DNA from: Bacteroidales bacterium
GTDB lineage: Bacteria; Bacteroidota; Bacteroidia; Bacteroidales; VadinHA17
NCBI GenBank assembly: GCA_034521735.1
Contig: JAXHLX010000021.1
Coordinates: 24,714-88,713, forward strand
Direction of reading: 5' to 3'
Length of the DNA stretch: 64,000 nt
Positions 29,461 through 38,204 of the stretch are shown in pieces. The notes under the pieces were generated by a model. That model had not been told where the DNA came from. It ran no database searches and saw only the letters and a program-made list of their open reading frames with translations. Position 1 is the first letter of the stretch; each line of letters starts with the position of its first letter. The translations under genes were made by a program, and so were the position numbers.

Positions 29461-30420
29461 ATGAAAACACAAAAAGAAAAAAACAGTAACAGTGGCAACA
29501 TGGAAAGGATGATGACTGAGGAATTCCTTTCCGGGCAAAAGCAATCAGTTCAGAAATACTGGAAGGAAATGGATGAGATAAAAGAAAAAAGTGAAAAAGC
29601 AGATGTTGATATAGCATGGGGGAAGCTTTATAACAGGCTTGACAGGGAAAAACTCATTAAGGGAAGGAAACGGAATATACTCACTGAACCTGCATTCAGG
29701 ATTGCCGCATCAATAATCCTTATTATAGGTCTTTCACTTACAGGTATATATTATCTAACAGGAGGCTTTGACAAGGGTAAAAACATGATTATAACCGCAG
29801 GTGCTGACCGTAAAAATGTAAGGGTTGACCTGCCTGACGGAAGCGTGGCCTTCCTTAACAGGGAGTCAAGTCTGGAGTATCCTCTCAGCTTCGGTAGAAC
29901 GAACAGAACGGTAAAACTGGAAGGAGAAGCATTCTTTGATATAGGACCCGAGGCAGACAGGCCTTTTATTATAGATGCCGGTAAAGCAAATATAACAGTG
30001 CTTGGAACATCCTTTAACGTGAATACCAGCGATAACAGAGTGGAGGTATTTGTTACTGACGGCAAAGTGGCCCTTAAAAGCAATGATAACGAGCATGCAG
30101 TCACTCTTGAACCGGGAGATATAGGATCACTAACTGATAACGCAGCCTCGAAAGACATAAATACTGATCCCAACTACCTGTCATGGAAAACAGAAATACT
30201 GAAATTTGACGGTGACAGTCTGGGTAAAGTATTTTCAGACCTGCAGAAAGTGCATAATATAAGTATTGAACTTGAGGATGAGAACATAAGTGAACGAAGG
30301 CTTACCTCAACATCCATCTTTAATAAACAATCGCCGGAAACAATAATACGTATTATTTGTACTACCTTCAACCTTGAATATGATAAGCAAGGAAACGTTT
30401 TTTACCTGTATACTAATTAA
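29461..30420 (+). CDS. FecR family anti-sigma factor / transmembrane sensor
   Basis: Single TM (FRIAASIILIIGLSLTGIYYL), a FecR domain (GEAFFDI..ITVLGTSFNV) and a C-terminal STN-interacting-type domain. Starts 2 nt after the sigma gene. Confidence 0.85.
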   Translation: MKTQKEKNSNSGNMERMMTEEFLSGQKQSVQKYWKEMDEIKEKSEKADVDIAWGKLYNRLDREKLIKGRKRNILTEPAFRIAASIILIIGLSLTGIYYLTGGFDKGKNMIITAGADRKNVRVDLPDGSVAFLNRESSLEYPLSFGRTNRTVKLEGEAFFDIGPEADRPFIIDAGKANITVLGTSFNVNTSDNRVEVFVTDGKVALKSNDNEHAVTLEPGDIGSLTDNAASKDINTDPNYLSWKTEILKFDGDSLGKVFSDLQKVHNISIELEDENISERRLTSTSIFNKQSPETIIRIICTTFNLEYDKQGNVFYLYTN

Positions 30421-30435
30421 CGCTTGAATAATTGA

Positions 30436-32010
30436 ATGGATGTATTAAACTATGTCAAGAAAAATAATACACCAAAGAAGATTGTTATAACTCTTATCCT
30501 TATAACAGGCTTTTCCTTTGCCACGGCACAGGAGGGTAATGTTCTTGAAAGCAGGCTTACACTCAGGCTGAATAATGTCAGCATTTCAAACATCCTTAAA
30601 ACCATATCCCGCCGCACAGCTTACCATTTCACTTACGACACTGACCTTATTGAACCCGGCAGGATCAGTACCGTCAGAATGACTGACAGGCCACTTAAAA
30701 ACATCCTTGACACTCTCTTTTCTGACAGGAAGCTGGACTATTCAATTATTGATAACCACATAATAATATACCGACCGGTAAGCGATTCAACCCCCCTGAT
30801 CAGGGAAGAAGGAAGAAAACCGGTTTATACACTTTCAGGGGTAGTCACAGATGCAGATAACGGTCAGCCCCTGCCATATGCAAGCATAGGCATTAAATCC
30901 AGGGGCCTGGGTACCGTCTCAAATTACGAGGGGGAATTTGACCTTAACCTGTCAGGGGATTTTCTCGATGACACCCTCGTCATATCATATATGGGATTCT
31001 ACAACCGCATGATACCTGTTAACCAGGCCATAAACAGCCACTATAATATTGAGCTCACAAGGAAATATGTTCCCATACCCGAGGTAATAATAAGAAACCG
31101 ACAACCCCTTGAACTGATAAGGTATGCAAAGGAACATTTAACAGATAACTACGGTAGCAGCCCGGTACGGATGACAGCTTTTTACCGCGAATCGGTGTCA
31201 AAAAAAGATAAAATACTTCTCTACTCAGAGGCCGTTCTTGAACTGTATAAAAGCTCATATGCAGCCACCCTGTTAAACGACCAGGTAAAAATATATAAAA
31301 GCCGCAAGATCAATAACCTGGATCAATCCGACACACTCACCTTTAAGTTAAAGTCAGGGCTGGACGGCTGCCTTTCCCTTGACGGGGTAAAAAACACATT
31401 CGACTTTCTCAGGGAAAAGAATTTTAATGATTATGATTATAATATGACTGATATTATCAATATCGGAGACGAAGCGGCCTTTGTTATTGAATTCGAACAG
31501 AAAGAAACCGTTAATGACCTGGCACTGCTCAAAGGTGTTATATATATCAATACAGCTAACTACGGAATACATGGGGCTGAGTTTGAAATTAACAGGGAAC
31601 ATATCGATAAACTTGAGAGAACAGTGATACAGCGAACAGCCCGCGGGTTCAGGGTAAAAGCACGCTCAATCAGGTACAGAGTTAATTACCGGTATATCAA
31701 CGGCCGGTATTTCCTGAACCACGTAAGAGGGGATCTTGAATTCTTTGCAAGGAAAAAAGGCAGCCTCTTCGGAAACCAGTACAGTATATTCTTTGAGATG
31801 GCAGTTAACGATATCGATACTGTTAATGTTGAGCGTTTCGACAGGGAAGAGCGGGCCCCCGTACATTCAATCTTCTCGGAGACCATAGACGGCTATGACC
31901 CTGAATTCTGGGGCACGGATAATTTTGTGGCACCGGAGGAAAGCATCAGGGAAGCGCTTTCAAGAATAAATGCCCGGCTGGGCGAATACACCACTAATAA
32001 CTTCCAATAA
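30436..32010 (+). CDS. STN-domain plus CarboxypepD_reg-domain protein lacking a TonB-dependent-receptor plug/barrel (524 aa)
   Basis: Signal peptide; an STN-like segment (LTLRLNNVSISNILKTISRRTAYHFTYDTDL..LKNILDTLFSDRKLDYSIIDNHIIIY); a CarboxypepD_reg segment (LSGVVTDADNGQPLPYASIGIKSRGLGTVSNYEGEFDL); then the domain shared with 27612-28904. Confidence 0.75.
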   Translation: MDVLNYVKKNNTPKKIVITLILITGFSFATAQEGNVLESRLTLRLNNVSISNILKTISRRTAYHFTYDTDLIEPGRISTVRMTDRPLKNILDTLFSDRKLDYSIIDNHIIIYRPVSDSTPLIREEGRKPVYTLSGVVTDADNGQPLPYASIGIKSRGLGTVSNYEGEFDLNLSGDFLDDTLVISYMGFYNRMIPVNQAINSHYNIELTRKYVPIPEVIIRNRQPLELIRYAKEHLTDNYGSSPVRMTAFYRESVSKKDKILLYSEAVLELYKSSYAATLLNDQVKIYKSRKINNLDQSDTLTFKLKSGLDGCLSLDGVKNTFDFLREKNFNDYDYNMTDIINIGDEAAFVIEFEQKETVNDLALLKGVIYINTANYGIHGAEFEINREHIDKLERTVIQRTARGFRVKARSIRYRVNYRYINGRYFLNHVRGDLEFFARKKGSLFGNQYSIFFEMAVNDIDTVNVERFDREERAPVHSIFSETIDGYDPEFWGTDNFVAPEESIREALSRINARLGEYTTNNFQ

Positions 32011-32065
32011 TCGTAATTAAGGCCTTCAGGCACTCAGGCCGCTATTTCCTGAGGCGTTTAAGCCG

Positions 32066-33076
32066 CTAATAACTCTCAAGAATCCTGTACAGCTCTGTAA
32101 GGTCCGGTGTCAGTATTATTTCGGTACGCCTGTTCTTCCTTCTTGCCTCCGCTGTTTTAGCATCCTCAACAGGCAAATATTCACTCCTCCCTGCTGCCGT
32201 CAGCCGCCGGGGATTAATACCGGTGCCGTCAAGCAACACCCTCACAACGGTTGTGGCCCTTTTAACACTTAAGTCCCAGTTATCCTGTATGGGTCCGCCC
32301 GAAGAGATATACGGTACATCATCAGTGTGACCCTCGATGGTTATCTGTATGTCAGGATTATTTTTCAATACAACAGCCAGCTTCTTCAGTGCATCACGGC
32401 CATTGGCATCAATATTATAGCTACCGGTCTGAAATAGCAGTTTCTCTTCAAGAGAAACATATACCTTCCCGTTTTTCATCGATACGCTAAGCCCGTCCCC
32501 TTCAAAACCAAACAGGGCATCTGACACCTTGTTCTTCAGGTCTTTCACTATCCTTGTCTGGTCCTCCAGTATCTGCTCCAGCTCGCTTAGCCTTTCATCC
32601 CTCTTCTCCAGCTCATAGGCCAGCTCATCAAGGGCAGCCCTCTTGGCCTCCATATTCATCTCCAGCTGGCGCATCAGATCCTCCTTGTTCTGAAGATTCT
32701 CCTGGGCCACCTGCAGTTCCCTCAGCAGACGCCTGGTCTCGGCAACATTACCACGTATAAGATCTTCCTGGGCTTTCTGCAAATCGGAATAGCGCTTGCT
32801 GATATCATTATATTCAGCCATAGCCCGGTCAAGCTCCTCCTGCAATGACTCCTTCTCCTGACCCATACCGGACAGCTCTTCCTCCAGCGACCTAATCTTT
32901 TCCTTCATCTCCCTGTTGCTCATAGAAAGATCAAGATTCTCCGTCTTAAACTCATCACGCTCATTCATATACTGAACACTCTTGTCATGCAGGGTCTTAT
33001 ACCTTCCCCCGGGAACACATGACACAAAAGCAAAAACGGTTAACAGAAAAAATATCAGGTATTTTATATTATTCAT
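32066..33076 (-). CDS. OmpA family lipoprotein with long coiled-coil region
   Basis: Lipobox FAFVSC, a ~170-aa heptad-rich region, and a C-terminal OmpA domain (GHTDDVP..NWDLSVKRATTVVRVL..NRRTEIIL). Confidence 0.85.
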   Translation of the reverse strand: MNNIKYLIFFLLTVFAFVSCVPGGRYKTLHDKSVQYMNERDEFKTENLDLSMSNREMKEKIRSLEEELSGMGQEKESLQEELDRAMAEYNDISKRYSDLQKAQEDLIRGNVAETRRLLRELQVAQENLQNKEDLMRQLEMNMEAKRAALDELAYELEKRDERLSELEQILEDQTRIVKDLKNKVSDALFGFEGDGLSVSMKNGKVYVSLEEKLLFQTGSYNIDANGRDALKKLAVVLKNNPDIQITIEGHTDDVPYISSGGPIQDNWDLSVKRATTVVRVLLDGTGINPRRLTAAGRSEYLPVEDAKTAEARRKNRRTEIILTPDLTELYRILESY

Positions 33077-33179
33077 GTGATTTTATTTAATTTATTTCAT
33101 TGGCCACATGGAACTTACCATTAAAAAATAATCATACTCTTAATGTGAAATAATGATGATTTTTTAATGGACGTTTCAT
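33077..33179 (-). repeat. conserved leader module, copy B (abuts the ATG of the OmpA-like gene)
   Basis: 100/103 identical to copy A. Flanks on both sides are unrelated. Confidence 0.85.
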
Positions 33180-33315
33180 GGCAGTCCTTTTTAAACAATT
33201 ATCAGTAATCTGCGATAACTTATCGCTTAATGATACAAATATACATCAATCACAAAAATAACAATTTCCCTGTTCCTGCACATAAACCAAATGTTAATTG
33301 TATTTATATCTTTTA

Positions 33316-33323
33316 TATCTTTG
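33316..33323 (+). promoter_or_regulatory. -7 promoter box (TATCTTTG) for dxs
   Basis: Exact TAnnTTTG match, 30 nt upstream of the ATG at 33353. Confidence 0.5.
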
Positions 33324-33352
33324 CAAGAGCTCAAAAAATATTAATCTACATA

Positions 33353-35245
33353 ATGTACGATCTGCTCAACACAATTTCTTCCCCTGATGATCTGAAAAAA
33401 CTTAAGCCCGAAGAGCTGATAACATTAAGTAAAGAGCTGAGGGAGTTCATCATTGATGTTTTAAGCTGCAATCCAGGCCATTTCGGAGCAAGCCTCGGGG
33501 TTGTGGAACTTACTGTTGCCCTGCATTATGTATATAATACTCCCTATGACAGGATAATATGGGATGTGGGCCACCAGGCCTACGGGCATAAGATATTAAC
33601 CGGACGTCGCGATAATTTCCACACTAACCGCAAATACAAAGGCGTCAGCGGCTTCCCCAAACGTGAAGAAAGCGAGTATGATGCATTTGGTGTGGGTCAT
33701 TCATCAACATCCATATCCGCTGCACTGGGCATGGCCAATGCGGCCAGACAAAAAGGAGAGAAGAGGCAGATAGTGGCGGTGATAGGCGACGGGGCCATGA
33801 CAGCCGGCATGGCCTTCGAGGGACTCAATAATGCGGGTTCTGAAAACTCAAATATCCTGGTTATCCTTAATGATAACAATATTGCTATCGACCCTAATGT
33901 GGGAGCATTAAAGGAATACCTGCTTGACGTCACAACCAGCAAGACATATAATAAGTTCAAGGATGAAGTATGGCATATCCTGGGTATGATAAGTAAGCTG
34001 GGACCCAATGCCCAGTCGCTGGCCAGCAAGCTGGAGACAGGAATAAAGAGCACCATCCTGAAACATTCGAATCTGTTTGAAGCCATGAATTTCAGGTATT
34101 TCGGTCCTGTGGACGGTCATGATATACTGCACCTCACAAGGGTGCTTGACGACATGAAAAGGATACCGGGCCCAAAGCTTCTGCACTGCATAACAAAAAA
34201 AGGCAAGGGATTCCTTCAGGCTGAGCTGAACCAGACAACATTCCATGCACCCGGACTCTTTGACAGGGTAACAGGTGAGATAACAGCATCTGACGACAAC
34301 AAAAAACCGCCGCGCTTTCAGGATGTGTTCGGACATACTGTCCTTGAGCTGGCAAGGCAGAATGACAAGATCGTGGCTGTTACACCTGCCATGCCTACAG
34401 GCTGCTCACTGAATATTATGATGGAGGAAATGCCGGACAGGGCATTCGATGTGGGTATAGCAGAGCAGCATGCCGTAACCTTCTCAGCCGGTATGGCTGC
34501 CGAAGGGATGATACCCTTCTGTAATATTTATTCCACCTTTATGCAGAGAGCCTATGACCAGGTGATACATGATGTGGCACTGCAGAAGCTGCATGTGGTT
34601 TTCTGTCTGGACAGGGGCGGACTGGTAGGTGCCGACGGGGCTACACACCACGGCTTCTTCGACCTCTCATATATGCGTACACTGCCTAACATGGTGGTGT
34701 CAGCACCGATGGATGAGATAGAGCTGCGCAACCTTATGTATAGCGCCCAGCTGGAAAAAAACAGGGGCCCCTTCAGCATACGCTACCCCAGGGGGGTGGG
34801 ACTGTTTGCAGACTGGCAAAGGCCTTTTGAAGAGATACCTGTAGGTAAAGCCAGGCAGCTGGCCGAAGGAGAAAAAGTGGCAGTGCTGACAATAGGCTAT
34901 CCCGGTAACGGGGCACTGCGCGCCGTTAAAAGGCTGGCCAAGGAAGATATAAGGGTCAGCCATTATGATATGCGCTTTGTGCAACCACTGGATGAAGAAG
35001 TGCTGCATGATGTGCTGAAAAAGCATAAAGCCATTATTTCAGTGGAAGACGGGATGATAAAAGGCGGCTTCGGATCAGCCATACTTGAATTTATGGCCGA
35101 TAATAACTATAATGCCACTGTCAGGAGGCTTGGCATACCTGACTACTTCATTGAACAGGGAACACAAATAGAGCTTAAAAAGGAATGCGGCTTCGATACT
35201 GACAGCATTTATGACAAAATAAAGGAAACATTTCTCTCTTTATAG
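33353..35245 (+). CDS. dxs: 1-deoxy-D-xylulose-5-phosphate synthase
   Basis: MYDLLNTISSPDDLKKL..GHFGASLGVVELTVALHYV..WDVGHQAYGHKILTGRR..GDGAMTAGMAFEGLN. The ORF-track start at 33230 adds a 41-aa AT-rich extension that covers the promoter box, so I rejected it. Confidence 0.92.
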   Translation: MYDLLNTISSPDDLKKLKPEELITLSKELREFIIDVLSCNPGHFGASLGVVELTVALHYVYNTPYDRIIWDVGHQAYGHKILTGRRDNFHTNRKYKGVSGFPKREESEYDAFGVGHSSTSISAALGMANAARQKGEKRQIVAVIGDGAMTAGMAFEGLNNAGSENSNILVILNDNNIAIDPNVGALKEYLLDVTTSKTYNKFKDEVWHILGMISKLGPNAQSLASKLETGIKSTILKHSNLFEAMNFRYFGPVDGHDILHLTRVLDDMKRIPGPKLLHCITKKGKGFLQAELNQTTFHAPGLFDRVTGEITASDDNKKPPRFQDVFGHTVLELARQNDKIVAVTPAMPTGCSLNIMMEEMPDRAFDVGIAEQHAVTFSAGMAAEGMIPFCNIYSTFMQRAYDQVIHDVALQKLHVVFCLDRGGLVGADGATHHGFFDLSYMRTLPNMVVSAPMDEIELRNLMYSAQLEKNRGPFSIRYPRGVGLFADWQRPFEEIPVGKARQLAEGEKVAVLTIGYPGNGALRAVKRLAKEDIRVSHYDMRFVQPLDEEVLHDVLKKHKAIISVEDGMIKGGFGSAILEFMADNNYNATVRRLGIPDYFIEQGTQIELKKECGFDTDSIYDKIKETFLSL

Positions 35246-35306
35246 GTGTTTATTAAGAGAATACAAAAATTATGCTTATCTTGCACCCATTAAACAAATA
35301 CACATT

Positions 35307-35498
35307 ATGAACAAAGGAACAGTAAAATTTTTCAACGAGTCCAAAGGATTCGGATTTATTAAAGACGCAGATTCCTCAGAGGAATATTTTGTACACTCTT
35401 CAGGATTATTAGATAATATCCGTGAAGATGATGAAGTAACTTTCGAATTAAAAGAAGGTAAAAAAGGATTAAATGCAGTAAACGTAAAGCTTGCTTAA
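35307..35498 (+). CDS. cold-shock protein (CspA family)
   Basis: MNKGTVKFFNESKGFGFI..FVHSSGL; 63 aa. Confidence 0.9.
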   Translation: MNKGTVKFFNESKGFGFIKDADSSEEYFVHSSGLLDNIREDDEVTFELKEGKKGLNAVNVKLA

Positions 35499-35530
35499 CT
35501 GAACTGATACATTTTATCACCTTTAATCAA

Positions 35531-35558
35531 AATCCCGCCATTAAGCGGGATTTTTTTT
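35531..35558 (+). terminator. rho-independent terminator after the csp gene
   Basis: AATCCCGC-catta-GCGGGATT followed by a T run of at least 6. Confidence 0.7.
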
Positions 35559-35661
35559 ATTCTCTGCAATATCACCGAACCGGCAGCATGTACCTATTTA
35601 GGATGCCTCTGCACTATCCCTTCTTCCACTACTGTAAGGGTTGCACGCCTGCATCATTTTC

Positions 35662-37875
35662 CTATTTAAGATGCCTCTCAAGGTAATCAGTATATTGACT
35701 CATCAGCAGCATATAGGTTGTCATATCGGTTGCCAGCCCGTGTGCCCCCGGCGGGTATATCTTAAGATCAAAATCCTTACCCGCCATATTTAAGGCATTG
35801 ACCAGCTGAAAGGTATGCTGAGGGTGTACATTCTCATCCATCAGTGAATGGGCCAGCAGCAGGTGCCCCTGAAGGTTTGCCGCATGTGTTATTACCGCAC
35901 TCTGCTTATACCCTTCCGCATTATCATCCATCAGTCCCATATACCTCTCCGTAAGTATACAGTCGTAATACAGGTGGTCGGTTACCGGGGCGGCGGTAAT
36001 CGACACCTTGAAGACCCCCGGATGTGTCAGCATTGTGTAGCTGGACGTATAACCGCCGTAGCTGTGGCCACGTATAGCCATATTATCGCCGTCAATCCAG
36101 GGTTTGGACGCCATGTATCTGGCTGTCTCAACAAAATCATTCGACTCCCATTTGCCCAGCTGCCTGTGAACAATCTTTTCAAACTCGTAGCCATAGCCGC
36201 CATTACCCCTGTTATTCACAGATGCAATAAAGAAGCCCTGCTGCGCCAGCCACTGGTGCCAGCCGTTAGTTCCAAAGGTATTGAACACACCCTGTGATCC
36301 GGGACCTCCATATATGTCAAGAACCAGCGGGTATTCTTTGGTTTTGTCAAAATCAAGAGGTTTTATCAGATAGCCGTCCAGCTTCTGACCATCAGTTGTT
36401 ATAAAGCTGAACATCTCCCTGGGAGCATACTCATGAACATCAAGATACCTCAGCACTTCGCTGTTACCGGCCAGCTCCTCTATCTCTTCTCCTTCTGTGC
36501 TCATCAGCGAAACCACTGCAGGTGTATTAACATCCGAATAAGTGTCAATATAATATTTGCCATTATCCGAAACATTCACCCTGTGGTTACCTGCAGCTGT
36601 TGTAAGCCGCTTCTTCCTTTTACCCTTGAAATTTATGCTGTAAAGATTCTGTTCAGTGGGAGCCACCTCAGTAGATACATAATAGATAATTCCCTTATCC
36701 GTATCTATTGCTTCTATACCTTTCACCTCCCACTCGCCTTCCGTTACCTGGTTTATTATATTTCCGCTGTAATCGTAACGGTAGATATGTGCCCAGCCAT
36801 CACGCTCCGATATCCAGAAAAACTCCTGCAGATCTTCCGGGAAATAGATAAGGTGCAGGTTGCCGGCAAAGAAATCAAAAATGTCGATCCATGCATCTGA
36901 TTGCTCTTCCATCACCAGCTCACTGCTGCCACTGTTAACATCATAAAAGCGTATGGTCATCTTGCTCTGTATACGGTCCATCCACATAAGGGCAAGGGTA
37001 TTGGGCTTTGATGTCCAGTAGATACGGGGTATATAGCCTCCGTTTATATCTGTATCAAGCCATTTTTTCGTGTTATCCTCTGTATCTATCACTCCTATCT
37101 TAACCTGTGGCGGGTTATCTCCGACCTTTGGATACGGTACCTCCATATATTCCGGGTGGTGACCGGAAAAATCAGTAAGTTTATATATCGGCACCTCTGT
37201 TTCATCTGATTGCCAGTAGGCTATATACCTGCTGTCGCCCGACCATGACCATCCCTGTACCAGGCCAAACTCCTCCTCCTGGGCCCAGCCGAAACGGCCG
37301 TTATAAACCTGATCACGGGCATCGCTTGTAAACCTTTTATGCTCACCGCTTTCAAAGACAAAGCCGTAAAGATCACCCTCCTTGCCATAACCCAGCTTCT
37401 TGCCGTCAGGCGAGATCTCAGCACTGAAGGCCTGCTCAACTATCAGGTCAAGACTCTTGTCTTCAAGGGAATAGACATAATAGTCAGAGTTGCCTGAATA
37501 CCTCCAGATGGGATTGAAATTACACTGGAACAGGATACGGCTGAAATCAGTGGTCCATGCAAATGACACATACCTGAAAGGCTCTTCGCTGCCCGGGAAT
37601 TTAAGGTTTTCACTTGTAAAAACCATTTCTTCCTCCCCGGTATCCACCGTTCGTATCCATATCTCCTGTGCATTCTGGGAGTTACGGGTAAAGGAGAATC
37701 TATCTCCACCCTCAATCCATGTTATATTTGAAGGAGTCCCGCCAGTCCTAAGCTGCCCGGCAGAGGAGAGAGCCTCCTGCAGGCTTGAGTAAAGCTCTTT
37801 TTGCGCCTGTACTGATGCAGGTGCTGTCAGTAACAGCGACAATACAATAATGATAAGACCTTTAATGTTTTTCAT
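35662..37875 (-). CDS. dipeptidyl-peptidase IV-type S9 family peptidase, exported
   Basis: Signal peptide, a DPP-IV-like N-terminal propeller, and the triad context GHSYGGY, MDENVH and PGAHGL. Confidence 0.85.
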   Translation of the reverse strand: MKNIKGLIIIVLSLLLTAPASVQAQKELYSSLQEALSSAGQLRTGGTPSNITWIEGGDRFSFTRNSQNAQEIWIRTVDTGEEEMVFTSENLKFPGSEEPFRYVSFAWTTDFSRILFQCNFNPIWRYSGNSDYYVYSLEDKSLDLIVEQAFSAEISPDGKKLGYGKEGDLYGFVFESGEHKRFTSDARDQVYNGRFGWAQEEEFGLVQGWSWSGDSRYIAYWQSDETEVPIYKLTDFSGHHPEYMEVPYPKVGDNPPQVKIGVIDTEDNTKKWLDTDINGGYIPRIYWTSKPNTLALMWMDRIQSKMTIRFYDVNSGSSELVMEEQSDAWIDIFDFFAGNLHLIYFPEDLQEFFWISERDGWAHIYRYDYSGNIINQVTEGEWEVKGIEAIDTDKGIIYYVSTEVAPTEQNLYSINFKGKRKKRLTTAAGNHRVNVSDNGKYYIDTYSDVNTPAVVSLMSTEGEEIEELAGNSEVLRYLDVHEYAPREMFSFITTDGQKLDGYLIKPLDFDKTKEYPLVLDIYGGPGSQGVFNTFGTNGWHQWLAQQGFFIASVNNRGNGGYGYEFEKIVHRQLGKWESNDFVETARYMASKPWIDGDNMAIRGHSYGGYTSSYTMLTHPGVFKVSITAAPVTDHLYYDCILTERYMGLMDDNAEGYKQSAVITHAANLQGHLLLAHSLMDENVHPQHTFQLVNALNMAGKDFDLKIYPPGAHGLATDMTTYMLLMSQYTDYLERHLK

Positions 37876-37995
37876 GTGATTATATTTAATTTATTTCATA
37901 TGGCATGGAACCGCTCGTTCCTCGCTCTCACAAGAAAACTTTAAGCATTCTTGTTTGCGAAAATTTAATTCTTAAATTTTTAATAGACGTTTCAT
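37876..37995 (-). repeat. conserved leader module, copy C (abuts the ATG of the DPP-IV gene)
   Basis: Minus strand reads ATGAAACGTCTATTAAAAATTTAAGAATTAAATTTTCGCAAACAAGAATGCTTAAAGTTTTCTTGTGAGAGCGAGGAACGAGCGGTTCCATGCCATATGAAATAAATTAAATATAATCAC, then ATG. Same terminal boxes as the other copies, different core. Confidence 0.8.
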
Positions 37996-38204
37996 GATAC
38001 CTGGATTAGAATATTTCGTAACGGAATTTTTTATAAAGCTATTAAAAAGAAAAGAACGGCGAAATGAGAATGAAAGAAAAACAGTTTATGTCGCTAACTG
38101 TGAATGTGAACAAATGTCAATGTTTCTTTTTTGAAACTTTACAACTATATACCCGTATAATACGTCTTATCTAATTAAGGTTAACCGGACAAAAATATCC
38201 CTGA

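Noticed and set aside
32554-32760. Pro/Ser/Ala-rich 68-aa + strand ORF
   Set aside because: It is an antisense shadow of the coiled-coil region of the OmpA-like gene.
33230-33352. N-terminal 41-aa extension of dxs given by the ORF track
   Set aside because: The extension is AT-rich and covers the TATCTTTG promoter box. Conserved Dxs sequence begins at MYDLLNTI (33353).
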